Source: Armatimonadota bacterium
Lineage (GTDB): Bacteria > Armatimonadota > SYMT01
DNA: 64,000 nucleotides
Reading direction: 5' to 3'
Assembly: GCA_046292385.1 (NCBI GenBank)
Contig: JBKBRF010000015.1
Coordinates: 1-64,000, forward strand
The position numbers were made by a program, and so were the translations under genes. Shown one piece after another: positions 1 through 9,901 of this stretch. Numbering within the stretch: position 1 is the stretch's first letter; each line of letters begins with the position of its first letter. The notes under the pieces are model-generated. The model was given only the letters and a program-made list of their open reading frames with translations. It was not told the DNA's origin and made no database searches.

Positions 1-18
1 CGCGGTAATCTCTTTCAT
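1..18 (-). CDS. Probable 5' end of a gene running off the left edge (MKEITA...)
   Basis: Minus-strand ATG at 18 preceded by a strong SD-like AAAGGAAGG; only 6 codons are visible. Confidence 0.4.
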
Positions 19-293
19 GGCGGTGTTTCCTTCCTTTGCCGAGTTGGCCCTCGGCTGCTTCTAGTCTCTAGAAGGAAGGTTCACCGCCTTCACCGTTTAC
101 ACACCTTCTGATGGTAGCTCGTGAAGACTACTCATGGAGCAGTCAGATCCAATGCAGAGATCCCGCTCTCGGGACCAGAGACGCACGCGATCTGTTGTGC
201 GATGCGACTAATCAAATGAAACTCGCGACATTCTTGCACTCGAATGTAACTTCTGCTACGATTGGGCTGGCCGAGTGGCCAGAAAGGAGTTCT

Positions 294-908
294 ATGCGAG
301 AGCAGGAGCCGGCGGTCCAAGCACGCCGCGAGGAAGAACCAAGCGTTCCCATGCAACCCGAGCAGCCACCCGTGACCGAACTGCAGGGCATCGTTGACCA
401 GATGAATGAGGTTAGCGCTCACTGCGACGTGATCCGCTGGGCCGTATACGAAATCGGCCAGGAACCACTGACGAGGGCAGAAGCAAACGAGACCAGGGAG
501 TCGATCGCCGCTACCCTTGCCCATGTCATTCAGCGGGCGGGTGACGTAGTGTCTCAACTCGATGATCTGGCTAGGATCCTTCGTATCGCTTGCGGACCTC
601 GCTTGTTCCAGCCGGACGAGGCGGTTCTGAGCCGGGTTAGCCGGACTATCCCGGGGAACGATCCCGCCTTGCGAGGTGGACGAATCGACCAAGAGCTCGA
701 CCGAATACAAGGGATTCTTCGTGGACTAGTCGAAGCAGCCTCAGACTACGTGAATGGCACCGAAGGACGATCTACCAGCCCTGAAGAGCGTCAGCTCCGG
801 AATCGCCTAGAAGCAATGGGAATGAGCAGAAAGGTCGAGTATCTCCAGCACGTGAGCCAGCAGATTCTCGCGAGGGTCGTTGCTCCTGTCGCAGAAGAGC
901 CGGAGTAA
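294..908 (+). CDS. Hypothetical helical protein (~204 aa)
   Basis: ORF 111..908; an in-frame ATG at 294 follows AAAGGAG; a terminator follows the stop. Confidence 0.55.
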   Translation: MREQEPAVQARREEEPSVPMQPEQPPVTELQGIVDQMNEVSAHCDVIRWAVYEIGQEPLTRAEANETRESIAATLAHVIQRAGDVVSQLDDLARILRIACGPRLFQPDEAVLSRVSRTIPGNDPALRGGRIDQELDRIQGILRGLVEAASDYVNGTEGRSTSPEERQLRNRLEAMGMSRKVEYLQHVSQQILARVVAPVAEEPE

Positions 909-949
909 CGGTTCAGGCGGCTGACCCAACGTCCACCTGAATACGCAGG

Positions 950-984
950 CCGGAGGCTGACGAGTTCAGCCCCCGGTTTCTTTT
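950..984 (+). terminator. Rho-independent terminator
   Basis: CCGGAGGCTGA/TCAGCCCCCGG stem (1 mismatch) followed by TTTCTTTT. Confidence 0.7.
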
Positions 985-1648
985 GATCTCGGAGTATATC
1001 GCTGCTAGATTCTGGAACCGTACGCGGCCAAAATCGACCGGGGAGGAATTGAAATCTACTAATTAGAGGGTTCCGGCGCTCCGAGGTATCGAGGCGAAGA
1101 GAGCCCCGGTTCTGCTACCTCGGAGCCCCAGCGACCGGTCCGGGTCTCCGTGTATTGGAGCGACGGGCGATCGCTCCCAGGCAGGGTTGAACGCAGCCCC
1201 ACGGTTGCATCCTGGGGCATAGCGCGGCTGCTTGCGGCCAACATGCAGCTCCGGCGAGACGGCGCGGTGCAGCTCCAGACGGGTGGTGATTAACCGGTGG
1301 ATAGGTGCCGCTGCACTCCGCCTGCCCCACGTAGGGGTACCCACCCGGAAGGCAGCGAGGCCGGCCCCGCGCTTCCAAGTTCGAGGCTGCATTGCAGGGC
1401 TTCACTGCCAGCGTCGCGCGGTTGGACGACTCTACGCGTGCATTCGAGCGCCGTTCTCCCTCCTCAAGAATTGACCTTCGAGGGTCATCCCGCTGCCGGA
1501 TCGGGTCTTGGGCACCCTCTCCGCGGTGCCGCGGTGCCGCCTCGCTTGACCCGCTTGTCCCGTCTCTTCACGTGTGCTCGCGTCGCGGTTCAGCAACTCG
1601 GGCTGGGTTCCCTCTCCCGTATACCGGTAGCGAACAGGCAGTGTGAAC

Positions 1649-1667
1649 TGACACTCGGCTCCGAACA
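1649..1667 (+). promoter_or_regulatory. Recurrent motif TGACACT-N6-SGAAC[A/C], copy 1
   Basis: TGACACTcggctcCGAACA, upstream of the ABC operon. Confidence 0.5.
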
Positions 1668-1803
1668 GTGCCGCATCATAAACACCTGATGGGCTCGGGG
1701 AGCGCGCAGACCAGTGACTGAGATCTCGCACGAACCCAGCACCCAGCTCTGCGCGCAGCAAAAGACGAGCCCACGTGGTCGCGTGAGAGCGAATCCGGGC
1801 ATC

Positions 1804-1822
1804 TGACACTCCGCGCGGAACA
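1804..1822 (+). promoter_or_regulatory. Recurrent motif, copy 2
   Basis: TGACACTccgcgcGGAACA; 1801-1826 matches 22552-22577 at 22 of 26 nt. Confidence 0.55.
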
Positions 1823-1907
1823 GGATGGGGTTCACTAGAGCGGAACCTGCGGCGCAGACGTAAACCGGCGCTTCGCCGATCCGCGCGCTGAAAGGAAAAG
1901 CGAAGAG

Positions 1908-2783
1908 ATGAGACAGCGAACGCTTGCCCTGATCCTAACGACGATCTTGCTCGCCGCGGCGAGCACTATCAGCGGCTGTAACGGGCCAGGAGCCGGTACG
2001 ACTGGGGGCGAGGGCACTTCCGTCTATGACCGGATCACCAAGGCAGGAAAGATCCGCGCAGCATACCTGGACTACCCGCCGGCATGCATGAAGGACACGA
2101 AGACCGGCAAGCTTACCGGCGTGTTTGTCGAAACGCTGGAGAAAGCGGCAGAAAACCTGGGGTTGACGGTGGAGTGGACGGAGGAGGTCGGGTGGGGCGC
2201 CCAGATCGAAGGCCTACAGACAGATCGCTATGACATCGTGGGGTCGCCCGTGTGGGCTAACCCGAACCGCGGGAAGTTGACCACGCTTTCGAAGCCGCTC
2301 TACTACAGCGGGATCGGCATCTACGTGCGCAGCAACGAAAACCGCTTCACCGGCGACTGGCGTGCCATCGACTCCTCTTCGGTCCGGATCGCCACTATTG
2401 ATGGGGAGACGGGCGACCTGATTGCACGGACGCAGTTCCCCCAGGCCAAGCGGGTGTCCTCGCCGCAGAATACCGACATCGCGCAGAAGTTCCTAGACAT
2501 CACTGGGAACAAGGCCGATGTCTTCTTCACCGAGCCCTACTTCGCGTATAAGTTCCTCGAGAGCAACCCAGGCACGGTCAAGAATGTGGCCGCGGAGAAG
2601 CCGATCCGGATCCTTGGCAACTGCTATATGTTCAAGCGGGGCGAGGTGGACTTCAAACACATGCTCGACGTAGCCTTCGAGGATCTGCTGAACAGCGGCT
2701 ATGTCGACCAACTCCTCGACAAGTACGAACCTGAAAAGAACACGTTCTATCGAGTCGCACTGCCATACCGGGTCGTGAAGTAA
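1908..2783 (+). CDS. Polar amino-acid ABC transporter substrate-binding lipoprotein (SBP family 3)
   Basis: Lipoprotein signal (ISGC); motifs YPPA, GVFVE, GLQTDRYD; RBS upstream. Confidence 0.9.
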   Translation: MRQRTLALILTTILLAAASTISGCNGPGAGTTGGEGTSVYDRITKAGKIRAAYLDYPPACMKDTKTGKLTGVFVETLEKAAENLGLTVEWTEEVGWGAQIEGLQTDRYDIVGSPVWANPNRGKLTTLSKPLYYSGIGIYVRSNENRFTGDWRAIDSSSVRIATIDGETGDLIARTQFPQAKRVSSPQNTDIAQKFLDITGNKADVFFTEPYFAYKFLESNPGTVKNVAAEKPIRILGNCYMFKRGEVDFKHMLDVAFEDLLNSGYVDQLLDKYEPEKNTFYRVALPYRVVK

Positions 2784-2893
2784 CTCTCCCACGCCAGTGT
2801 GTTGATCACGCGGTGATGTGACAGCTGTGCAGGCACGGCTCAGGCCTACGAATCTGCCACATCAACTCTCGATCAAGGCACTAGAGCCCTTGT

Positions 2894-2934
2894 CTAGCCC
2901 CGGGGGCCACGCCGTCCTAGCGCCCCGGGGCTGG
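2894..2934 (+). other. Intergenic stem-loop between SBP and permease genes
   Basis: CTAGCCCCGGGG ... CCCCGGGGCTGG, 12-bp stem with one G-U pair and no U tract. Confidence 0.5.
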
Positions 2935-2953
2935 CCCCGAGCGAGCAGGTACA

Positions 2954-3619
2954 GTGACCGTCTTCGACATTATCTCCAAGTACCACCAGGAACTGCTAAT
3001 GGGGCTCCTGGTCACCGTCCGTCTCTGCCTGTTTATCTGGCCGATCGGCATTGTGGGGGGAGCGCTTCTGGGAGTAGCCGGTGCCCGGTGGAGAGTAGTG
3101 GTCGGAGTGCCGTCAAAAGTGGCGTCCTTCGTTCTTTCGGGGATTCCCATCCTGGTGTTTCTCTTTTGGCTTCACTATCCGCTCCAAGCGATGTTTCGCA
3201 TCGTTGTCGATCCCTTCATTACAGCTGTTGTCGCGCTTTCTATTGTGAATGTTCTTCTTGTTGCGGACCTGATCCGGGGGGTGCTCCACGATTTTCCAAC
3301 GCAGTACCTCCTCGCCGCGCGCGTGTCAGGACTATCGCCGGCGCAGACCGTGATTCACATTCAGCTCCCACTGGTGTTTCGGCAGGTGCTTCCGGGTCTG
3401 CTGTTGATTCAGGTGTCGATGCTCCAGGCGACTCTGTTCGCGAGTCTTATCTCCGTGGATGAGATCTTCCGCATCGCACAGCGGATTAACTCGGAGGTCT
3501 ACCGGCCGGTGGAGATCTACACTGCCCTTGCGGTTCTGTTCCTGGTGGTCTGCCTTCCGTTGCACGGGTTCGCCGTATGGCTGCGGATGCGTTACACGAG
3601 AAACTACTCGGAACAATAG
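2954..3619 (+). CDS. Amino-acid ABC transporter permease (HisM/GlnP type)
   Basis: Multiple TM helices; EAA-loop-like QYLLAARVSGLS; TLFASLISVDEI. Confidence 0.9.
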   Translation: MTVFDIISKYHQELLMGLLVTVRLCLFIWPIGIVGGALLGVAGARWRVVVGVPSKVASFVLSGIPILVFLFWLHYPLQAMFRIVVDPFITAVVALSIVNVLLVADLIRGVLHDFPTQYLLAARVSGLSPAQTVIHIQLPLVFRQVLPGLLLIQVSMLQATLFASLISVDEIFRIAQRINSEVYRPVEIYTALAVLFLVVCLPLHGFAVWLRMRYTRNYSEQ

Positions 3620-3636
3620 AGCAGCGGGATGCCAAC

Positions 3637-4362
3637 ATGTTAGTTGCAAAGGATATCAAGAAGGTATTTGGGCGCACGGCCGCGCTCCAGGGCGTAAGCC
3701 TGACGGTGGCGCCCGGCCAGATCACCGCGCTGATCGGACCTAACGGGTGCGGGAAGAGCACCCTGCTGCGGGCAGTAGCGCTATTGGATCCGCCGGACTC
3801 CGGCACAGTGACGGTTGACGACCAAGAATACGTATTCCCCCCAAGGGGAGGGAAGTCACCTGCTCCACCTTGGCCGAAGCTGACGATGGTCTTCCAGCAG
3901 CTCTTCCTCTGGCCGCATCTTACGATCCGCCAGAACCTCACCCTGCCACTGCGGAAGTCGGGACAGGCTGCTAATGGAAAGATCGATGCTCTCATCGACG
4001 TTCTGGACATGGAAGAGTATATGGACCGCTTTCCGAACCAAGTCTCACTCGGCCAACGGCAGAGAGCCGCGATCGCACGCTCCCTGGTGCTGGAGCCGAA
4101 GTACCTGCTTCTAGACGAGATCACCTCTGCTCTCGATGTCGAACAAGTAGGTGCCGTGCTCAATCAGCTCAAAGCCGTGAGGGAACAGGGGACGGGAATC
4201 CTGCTGATCACTCACCTCATCGGTTTTGCGAAGCAAGCTGCCGATCAGGTTGTGTTCATGCGCTCTGGAAAGATCGAAGAGGCTGGGGGCCCGGAGATAC
4301 TCACTTCTCCGAAGAGCGAGAACTTGAACAAGTTCCTCTCGCTGATAGAAGCACGCGTCTAG
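3637..4362 (+). CDS. Amino-acid ABC transporter ATP-binding protein
   Basis: Walker A GPNGCGKS, signature VSLGQRQR, Walker B LLLDEITSALD, H-loop ITH; start set at the in-frame ATG after the permease stop. Confidence 0.93.
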   Translation: MLVAKDIKKVFGRTAALQGVSLTVAPGQITALIGPNGCGKSTLLRAVALLDPPDSGTVTVDDQEYVFPPRGGKSPAPPWPKLTMVFQQLFLWPHLTIRQNLTLPLRKSGQAANGKIDALIDVLDMEEYMDRFPNQVSLGQRQRAAIARSLVLEPKYLLLDEITSALDVEQVGAVLNQLKAVREQGTGILLITHLIGFAKQAADQVVFMRSGKIEEAGGPEILTSPKSENLNKFLSLIEARV

Positions 4363-4386
4363 TCGAACCAACGCACGGAGGATGCC

Positions 4387-5682
4387 GTGAGCTACGAGTT
4401 TCTCGGAACAGCATTCACAGCCGACGCGATCGCGGTGCGGCTACTCGACCACCGGTGCCATCCTGGTGACGCAGAAGCGCGCGCGATGGACCGGCTCCCG
4501 CTGATCGACCTGCTCCGTGACAGGGTTCAGCCTACGGCCGTCCCGGCGCTCCTAGAACTCGTGACTCGTGGCAGCGATGGCTCGGCCGGATTGGCCGGCA
4601 GCCTTCTGAGAAGGTACGATGGAGAGGCCGCGGTCAGAAGCGTCCTGGAACAGCGATGGGTGACCGCCAGTCCCTATCTCCGCAACCGGCTGATGTGGCG
4701 CTTGCTCGACGCCGAGGATCTCGATCCGGCCTGGCAGGCGCGCTTCCTGGGCTTCATCCGGTCGGAGTGGAACACTTTCCGGGACTTCAATCGCGAGTTC
4801 TACGGAACTTCGGAGAGGGGACTTGGGAGAGTCCTCTCGCGCATCGCGGATCCCACGTTCCCGAGTCAGAAGAAGTGGGTCTACCTCTGGTCCATTCCCT
4901 GCCTGGCCGAGGATCCTGAGGTGACATGCGCGCTGATTCGCGGCGCTGCGAGAACCGTGGCCGACGGTTCTCTCCGGGACGCCGAGGAGGCGATCCTCAC
5001 GGAACTCGGCGGGCAGCGCAGGCTCCCACTGTGTGGGTCCGAACCCGAAGCTCCGGGACCGAAGTCCGCCAGTTGGGGGTTTGTCGCGGAGGCGGTGCTC
5101 GCGTCGCTCCGACGCGGCAACCGTCCGTCCGAAGAGGAGGCTGACTATCTGAATAGACTCCCCTTCATCGACGTGGCTCGAGATCACGTCACGGATAGCG
5201 ACCTCCAGTGGCTCCTTGAGGTGATCAACCAAGAGAGCGGTCCGTTCGCGGCGCTGTGCCTCAGCCTGCTCCAGAAATACTCCTGCCGCCGTGAAGTCCA
5301 GGATGCGCTGCGTGCCAGGTGGGAGAACGCCGGTCCGTGCTTGAAGGCGCACCTCCTCTGGCGACTCCTGGACGATCCATCACTGCAATGGCAGTGGCAC
5401 AAGACGCTTGTGGACTTTGTATTGAGCGGTGAGGGCTGGCCGGTGTTCCGCGACGTATCGCGAACGTTCTTGGGCACGCCGGAGACCGTCGTAACGGAGG
5501 CGCTCAAGCGGATCACTTCCCCTGCGTTTCCGGAAAGCAAGAAGTGGGCGTACCTGTGCCGCGTACCCGAAGTTGCAGCCGACCGGGCAGCCGCCCGGGC
5601 CTTCGTAAGCTTGGGCTGCAATTCGTCCGACCCCTTGACGCGCTACGTAGCGGAACAGCTTCTGGAGCGATTCTACCCGTGA
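4387..5682 (+). CDS. Hypothetical protein made of two tandem copies of a ~200-aa helical domain
   Basis: Both halves carry RLP[L/F]ID, WRLLD and FPxxKKW[V/A]YL in the same order. Confidence 0.8.
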   Translation: MSYEFLGTAFTADAIAVRLLDHRCHPGDAEARAMDRLPLIDLLRDRVQPTAVPALLELVTRGSDGSAGLAGSLLRRYDGEAAVRSVLEQRWVTASPYLRNRLMWRLLDAEDLDPAWQARFLGFIRSEWNTFRDFNREFYGTSERGLGRVLSRIADPTFPSQKKWVYLWSIPCLAEDPEVTCALIRGAARTVADGSLRDAEEAILTELGGQRRLPLCGSEPEAPGPKSASWGFVAEAVLASLRRGNRPSEEEADYLNRLPFIDVARDHVTDSDLQWLLEVINQESGPFAALCLSLLQKYSCRREVQDALRARWENAGPCLKAHLLWRLLDDPSLQWQWHKTLVDFVLSGEGWPVFRDVSRTFLGTPETVVTEALKRITSPAFPESKKWAYLCRVPEVAADRAAARAFVSLGCNSSDPLTRYVAEQLLERFYP

Positions 5683-5740
5683 GACGCACTACCCCGCTGG
5701 TGTCACGAAAGGTCCTCGGGGCCCTGAGGAGGCGATCACC

Positions 5741-6676
5741 ATGATGCGCCAGCCTGAAAGAAGTCCCCCATTCCGGTTGCTGCTTCTGGATGTCGACGGC
5801 ACCCTGATCGGAGAAAGCGAGATCATCACTTCGCGGGATCTCGTGGCGCTTCGGGCCGCCCAGAACCTCGGCTGCACCATCGCGCTCTGCACCGGACGCA
5901 GCCGCTACGCGGCCCAAGCTCTTGCTTTGAAGCTCGACGGGCAGGGTTACGGGATCCTCTTCAATGGCGCCGTTCTGGTGGACTGGGCCTCCGGTCGCCT
6001 CCTACGAAAGCGCGTGCTGACTAATGCGCTGGTGCGTGAGGCGGTCCACCTCATCGAACAGCGCGGGCTAGCGCCGATTTGCGAGGGGACGGAAGAAGAT
6101 GATCGGTGGCTAAGGACCAACCGGCGGCTTCGGCTTCCCGAGAGATATGCCGCCCTCAACGTGGAACGACTGCTCTACTGCGACGACCTCGATGCACCTC
6201 ATCTGGGCCCGCCGATTACGATAGGTGCGTACGGTCCGGCAGACGCGATACAACCGCTCGCTCAGGAGTGTCAGGTTGCCCTGGGGCCGGCGGCGAACGT
6301 CTTGGTGTCGCGGTCGCACCGGTACGGCTGCTGGTGCGTGGAGGTGTATCCGCCCGGGGTCAGCAAGGCTGGGGCTGCTCAGTCGCTGACCGAAATGCTC
6401 CGTATACCCCGCGAAAGCACCTTGGCTATCGGTGACCACCTGAACGACGTGGAACTCCTCCGTTGGGCGGGCCTTGGCGTGTGTATGGGCGATGGGCATC
6501 CCGAAGCCCAGGCTGGCGCCGATTACATCACGGCTTCGCTTGCCGATAACGGAGTGGCGCAGGCTCTTGAACGATTCGTCCTCAATCGAGACGCCGCGCT
6601 CAGCGACTCCACACCGCCAGCGTCAGGCCGGCCTTCCCACAGAAGCGTCGGCCGTTGTGCACATCGAGAGCCGTGA
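5741..6676 (+). CDS. Cof-type HAD-IIB hydrolase
   Basis: LDVDGTL, CTGR, SK, GDHLNDVELL motifs; GGAGG RBS. Confidence 0.93.
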   Translation: MMRQPERSPPFRLLLLDVDGTLIGESEIITSRDLVALRAAQNLGCTIALCTGRSRYAAQALALKLDGQGYGILFNGAVLVDWASGRLLRKRVLTNALVREAVHLIEQRGLAPICEGTEEDDRWLRTNRRLRLPERYAALNVERLLYCDDLDAPHLGPPITIGAYGPADAIQPLAQECQVALGPAANVLVSRSHRYGCWCVEVYPPGVSKAGAAQSLTEMLRIPRESTLAIGDHLNDVELLRWAGLGVCMGDGHPEAQAGADYITASLADNGVAQALERFVLNRDAALSDSTPPASGRPSHRSVGRCAHREP

Positions 6677-6707
6677 GTAGTCCGAACCGGGCCCCGACGC
6701 GCCGCTT

Positions 6708-6726
6708 TGACACTTCTCTCCGAACA
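6708..6726 (+). promoter_or_regulatory. Recurrent motif, copy 3
   Basis: TGACACTtctctcCGAACA. Confidence 0.5.
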
Positions 6727-6794
6727 GCTTGGCCTATCATCCCGCGGTCGCGGCGGAGACGCATCCACCCAAGGCTGCTTCTCCACCGTGGAAA

Positions 6795-6813
6795 TGACAC
6801 TTTCGCCCGAACC
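6795..6813 (+). promoter_or_regulatory. Recurrent motif, copy 4
   Basis: TGACACTttcgccCGAACC. Confidence 0.45.
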
Positions 6814-6862
6814 GCGTAGCCAGGATCACGTGTGGACGGGGTTTCACCAAGTAGACGGTAGG

Positions 6863-7537
6863 ATGCTCAAGGACGCGGGTGGTGATTATGACGACTGGCG
6901 GGAGATCGAGTATCGCCCTGCCGTCGCCGAGCTACCGCCCTACTCATTGCTTCCGTATCTTACCGGCACGGAGCGGCTCCTGGACATAGGGTGCAACGTC
7001 GGCAGCACCAGCCTGTTCCTGGCTCGCTACGTACATGAGGTCATAGGGATAGACATCAACTTGCAAGCGGTCGGGATCGCTCGACAACGGGCGGTTAGAC
7101 AGGCTTATGGCGGGTCAGTCGACTTTTTCGCAGGGGACATCCTCAGCGCGCCCATGTTTGGCACCTTTGACGTGGTTGTAATGATCCGGGTTCTCACCTG
7201 CTTTCCTGATGTCTCGACCTGGCGCCGCGTACTCCGAAGAGCGCACGACCTTCTGATTCCGGGTGGGATTCTATACATCCATGACTTCGCTCGTTCGGAT
7301 GAGAGTGTCAACTATCGTAGAAGGTATCAGGAAGGTGAAGCTCGGGGTTGGCGGCAAGGCAACTTCGCTGTCACCGACAGCTCCGGGAGACTGCTCTTCG
7401 TGGCTCACCACCACTCGGATGACGAGATCGAAGAGATCCAGGCAGGATACACTGCCCTGAATTTGGAGTTCCACGGCGCCGTTTCGATGAACGGCAACGC
7501 CTGCCGGATGTTTCGCTTCATTGGGCGACGACAGTAA
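6863..7537 (+). CDS. Class I SAM-dependent methyltransferase (start uncertain; ORF open from 6707)
   Basis: LLDIGCNVG, GIDIN, FDVVVM, LIPGGILYIHDF. Confidence 0.88.
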   Translation: MLKDAGGDYDDWREIEYRPAVAELPPYSLLPYLTGTERLLDIGCNVGSTSLFLARYVHEVIGIDINLQAVGIARQRAVRQAYGGSVDFFAGDILSAPMFGTFDVVVMIRVLTCFPDVSTWRRVLRRAHDLLIPGGILYIHDFARSDESVNYRRRYQEGEARGWRQGNFAVTDSSGRLLFVAHHHSDDEIEEIQAGYTALNLEFHGAVSMNGNACRMFRFIGRRQ

Positions 7538-7775
7538 CACCAACCCGAGGCAATGGTGGGAACGGAACTCCCACGTCAGGGGTCAGGGCCAAAGACGGAC
7601 AATCACAAGTAGACCATTGATGATGAACCCGAGCAGCACTATGAGCAATTTGCCCACCGGGCAACGGGGAGTTGCGGGCTCGCGAGATTGGCGTGACGGC
7701 CGGGACGCCCTCCCCGCTCGACTAAGTAGTTGGTCCATGTATGCACGTAGCGGGAATGATCGACTTGAGGAACCG

Positions 7776-8594
7776 ATGAGCATCGAACCGATCCCTATCG
7801 CCGCTGCGGAAGCCGCACCCGAGGTATACGCGGCAGCAGATCCTTACCAAGCTGCCTACGGAATCGAGTTCCAGACGCTCGTGCATTTTGCCGGGCCAGT
7901 GCTGCGCGAACTCCACCGGACCGTACAGGACCCCACAGAGATCCAGGGACAGGTCACGATGGCGTCTCGCGGTGAGGACGGCGACGCGATCCTAGCGGAG
8001 ATGGAGATCCTGAAGCGCGTGGCCAACACGCCCCACCCCAGTGACGAGGATCGCGGGAGCTATCTGGCGGCCCTCCAGTCGATCTACAGGCGGCTGCCCT
8101 CGCAGCCTGAGGAGCTCCTCCGCGCTCCCGATACCCTCTGCATCGGCATTGAGCGCGAGGGCCGGATTCTGGCGCAGCAGATGGGATGGCTGCCCGAGTC
8201 CGGCTTCATCCCCTTCCACGCAAAGCGGATTCCATTCGGTGACGGGCTCCTCGTAGGCTTAACAGAGATTCCGTCCAAGAGGGACTGCAAGCGGGTGGTC
8301 ATCGTCGATGGGGCCATCGCCAGCGGCGCCACGGTTGTTGCGCTACTCTGCATGCTGCTCCGGTCAAACGTGCGTGAAGTGCATCTCTACTCGGTGCATA
8401 GCTCGTTCGAGGGCCTTCGAGCCATCATGCGGTATGCAGGCAGGCACGGCATAACGATGGAAATCACCGTCGGTCATGCGACCGCGGGGATCAACTCCAA
8501 GTTCTACGCTGTGGATGCAACGGATCCATCCATGGTCGTGGTGGGCGACCTCGGCGACACCATTACGGGATGCCAACCGATCGCACACGGGTGA
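7776..8594 (+). CDS. Type I phosphoribosyltransferase, UPRT-like
   Basis: IEREG, PRPP-binding loop VVIVDGAIASGAT, C-terminal VGDLGD resembling UPRT GLGDAGD; GAGGA RBS before the ATG at 7776. Confidence 0.75.
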   Translation: MSIEPIPIAAAEAAPEVYAAADPYQAAYGIEFQTLVHFAGPVLRELHRTVQDPTEIQGQVTMASRGEDGDAILAEMEILKRVANTPHPSDEDRGSYLAALQSIYRRLPSQPEELLRAPDTLCIGIEREGRILAQQMGWLPESGFIPFHAKRIPFGDGLLVGLTEIPSKRDCKRVVIVDGAIASGATVVALLCMLLRSNVREVHLYSVHSSFEGLRAIMRYAGRHGITMEITVGHATAGINSKFYAVDATDPSMVVVGDLGDTITGCQPIAHG

Positions 8595-9901
8595 TCTGGG
8601 CCCGGCTGAACCGATTCTTCTCCATCGAGCAGCGAGGGAGCACCATCCAGACGGAGATCCTGGCTGGGTGCTCCACGTTTCTCGCCCTCTCGTACATCTT
8701 CATCGTGAACCCGGCCATTTTGGCGCAGGCCGGGATCGACAAGAGCTCGGCCCTCTTTGCCACAATCGCTGCCTCAGGACTGGCGACCCTGGCGATGGGC
8801 ATATGGGCTCGGCTTCCCTTCGCGGTGGCGCCCGGCATGGAGATGAATGCCTATGTGGCCTTCTTCGTGGTGGGTACCCTCGGGCTTAACTGGAACCAGG
8901 CGCTCGGTACCGTGCTATGGTCCGGGCTCCTATGCCTGGCAGTGACCCTGACGGGCGCGCGCGAGGGGATCATCAACGCTATTCCGGCTCGAATGAAGAG
9001 CGGCTTGTCGCTCTCGGTGGGTGTGTTCCTCGTCTTGGTGGCGCTTCGGGTCGCCGGGATCCTGCAATACGAGGGTGTGTCTCTCCGAGGGTTCGGTCCG
9101 CTGACGGGCGTCGGAGCTCAGGCGCTGGTCGGTGGCACTGTACTCATATTCATCCTGGAGCGACTCCGGGTCCGAGGCTCGGTGCTGATTAGCATGTTGC
9201 TGATGGCGCCCGTGTGCCTTTTTTCGGCCCATGGCACAAGCCCCGACGGGCCTCCCCAAGTGTCGTCTTCCATGCTGGCGGCCGTTGGGCGCCTCGACGC
9301 AGCCGTCGTGATGCAGCCGTCCGCACTAAATGTCATCCTGACCTTGTTCGTGCTCGACTTCTACGGTAGCATCGCTAAATTCGTCGGGCTAACGCTACGC
9401 ACCGACCTCATGGAGGAAGGAAAGCTTCCCAGAATGAAAGAGGCTTTACTGGTCGATGGTTTAGCAACCTCGGCGGGTGCCTGCCTGGGGACCAGCAGCC
9501 TGATCACGTACGTCGAGAGTGCGGTTGGCATTGCCACGGGGGGAAGGACGGGATTAACGGCAGTGGTCTGCGGGTTGCTCATGCTCTCCTGCTTCTTCAC
9601 CGTTCCATTGTTTCAGATGGTCCCTACCGTAGCCACGACGGGGGCACTGCTCTTTGTCGCGGTCAAGCTCTGTCCGCCATTAGCTGAGCTTCGACGATAT
9701 GGCCAAGTGGACCGCCTCGCCCTTATCGTAATGGTGGCTACCGTGATCCTCACCTTCGCCATTGACAAGGCCATGCTGGCAGGTTTCCTAATCTACCTCG
9801 CCGGCGACCTGGGACGACGCCAGCGCCCGAACACCTATCTGGCAATCTCCGCGGCGCTCTTAGGTCTAGGCTCACTGCTGCAACAGACGTTTCAACGATG
9901 A
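8570..9901 (+). CDS. NCS2/AzgA-family nucleobase permease
   Basis: EILAG.STF, YIFIVNPAIL, APGMEMNAY, YVESAVGIATGGRTGLTA. Confidence 0.93.
   Translation: MPTDRTRVIWARLNRFFSIEQRGSTIQTEILAGCSTFLALSYIFIVNPAILAQAGIDKSSALFATIAASGLATLAMGIWARLPFAVAPGMEMNAYVAFFVVGTLGLNWNQALGTVLWSGLLCLAVTLTGAREGIINAIPARMKSGLSLSVGVFLVLVALRVAGILQYEGVSLRGFGPLTGVGAQALVGGTVLIFILERLRVRGSVLISMLLMAPVCLFSAHGTSPDGPPQVSSSMLAAVGRLDAAVVMQPSALNVILTLFVLDFYGSIAKFVGLTLRTDLMEEGKLPRMKEALLVDGLATSAGACLGTSSLITYVESAVGIATGGRTGLTAVVCGLLMLSCFFTVPLFQMVPTVATTGALLFVAVKLCPPLAELRRYGQVDRLALIVMVATVILTFAIDKAMLAGFLIYLAGDLGRRQRPNTYLAISAALLGLGSLLQQTFQR

Noticed and set aside
6707..6740. TTGACA...TATCAT as a sigma70 promoter
   Set aside because: The 22-bp spacer is too long; TTGACA is better explained as part of the recurrent motif
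7521..7775. N-terminal extension of the PRTase ORF
   Set aside because: TTG start overlaps the upstream gene and the extension looks non-globular; a better RBS and ATG lie at 7776
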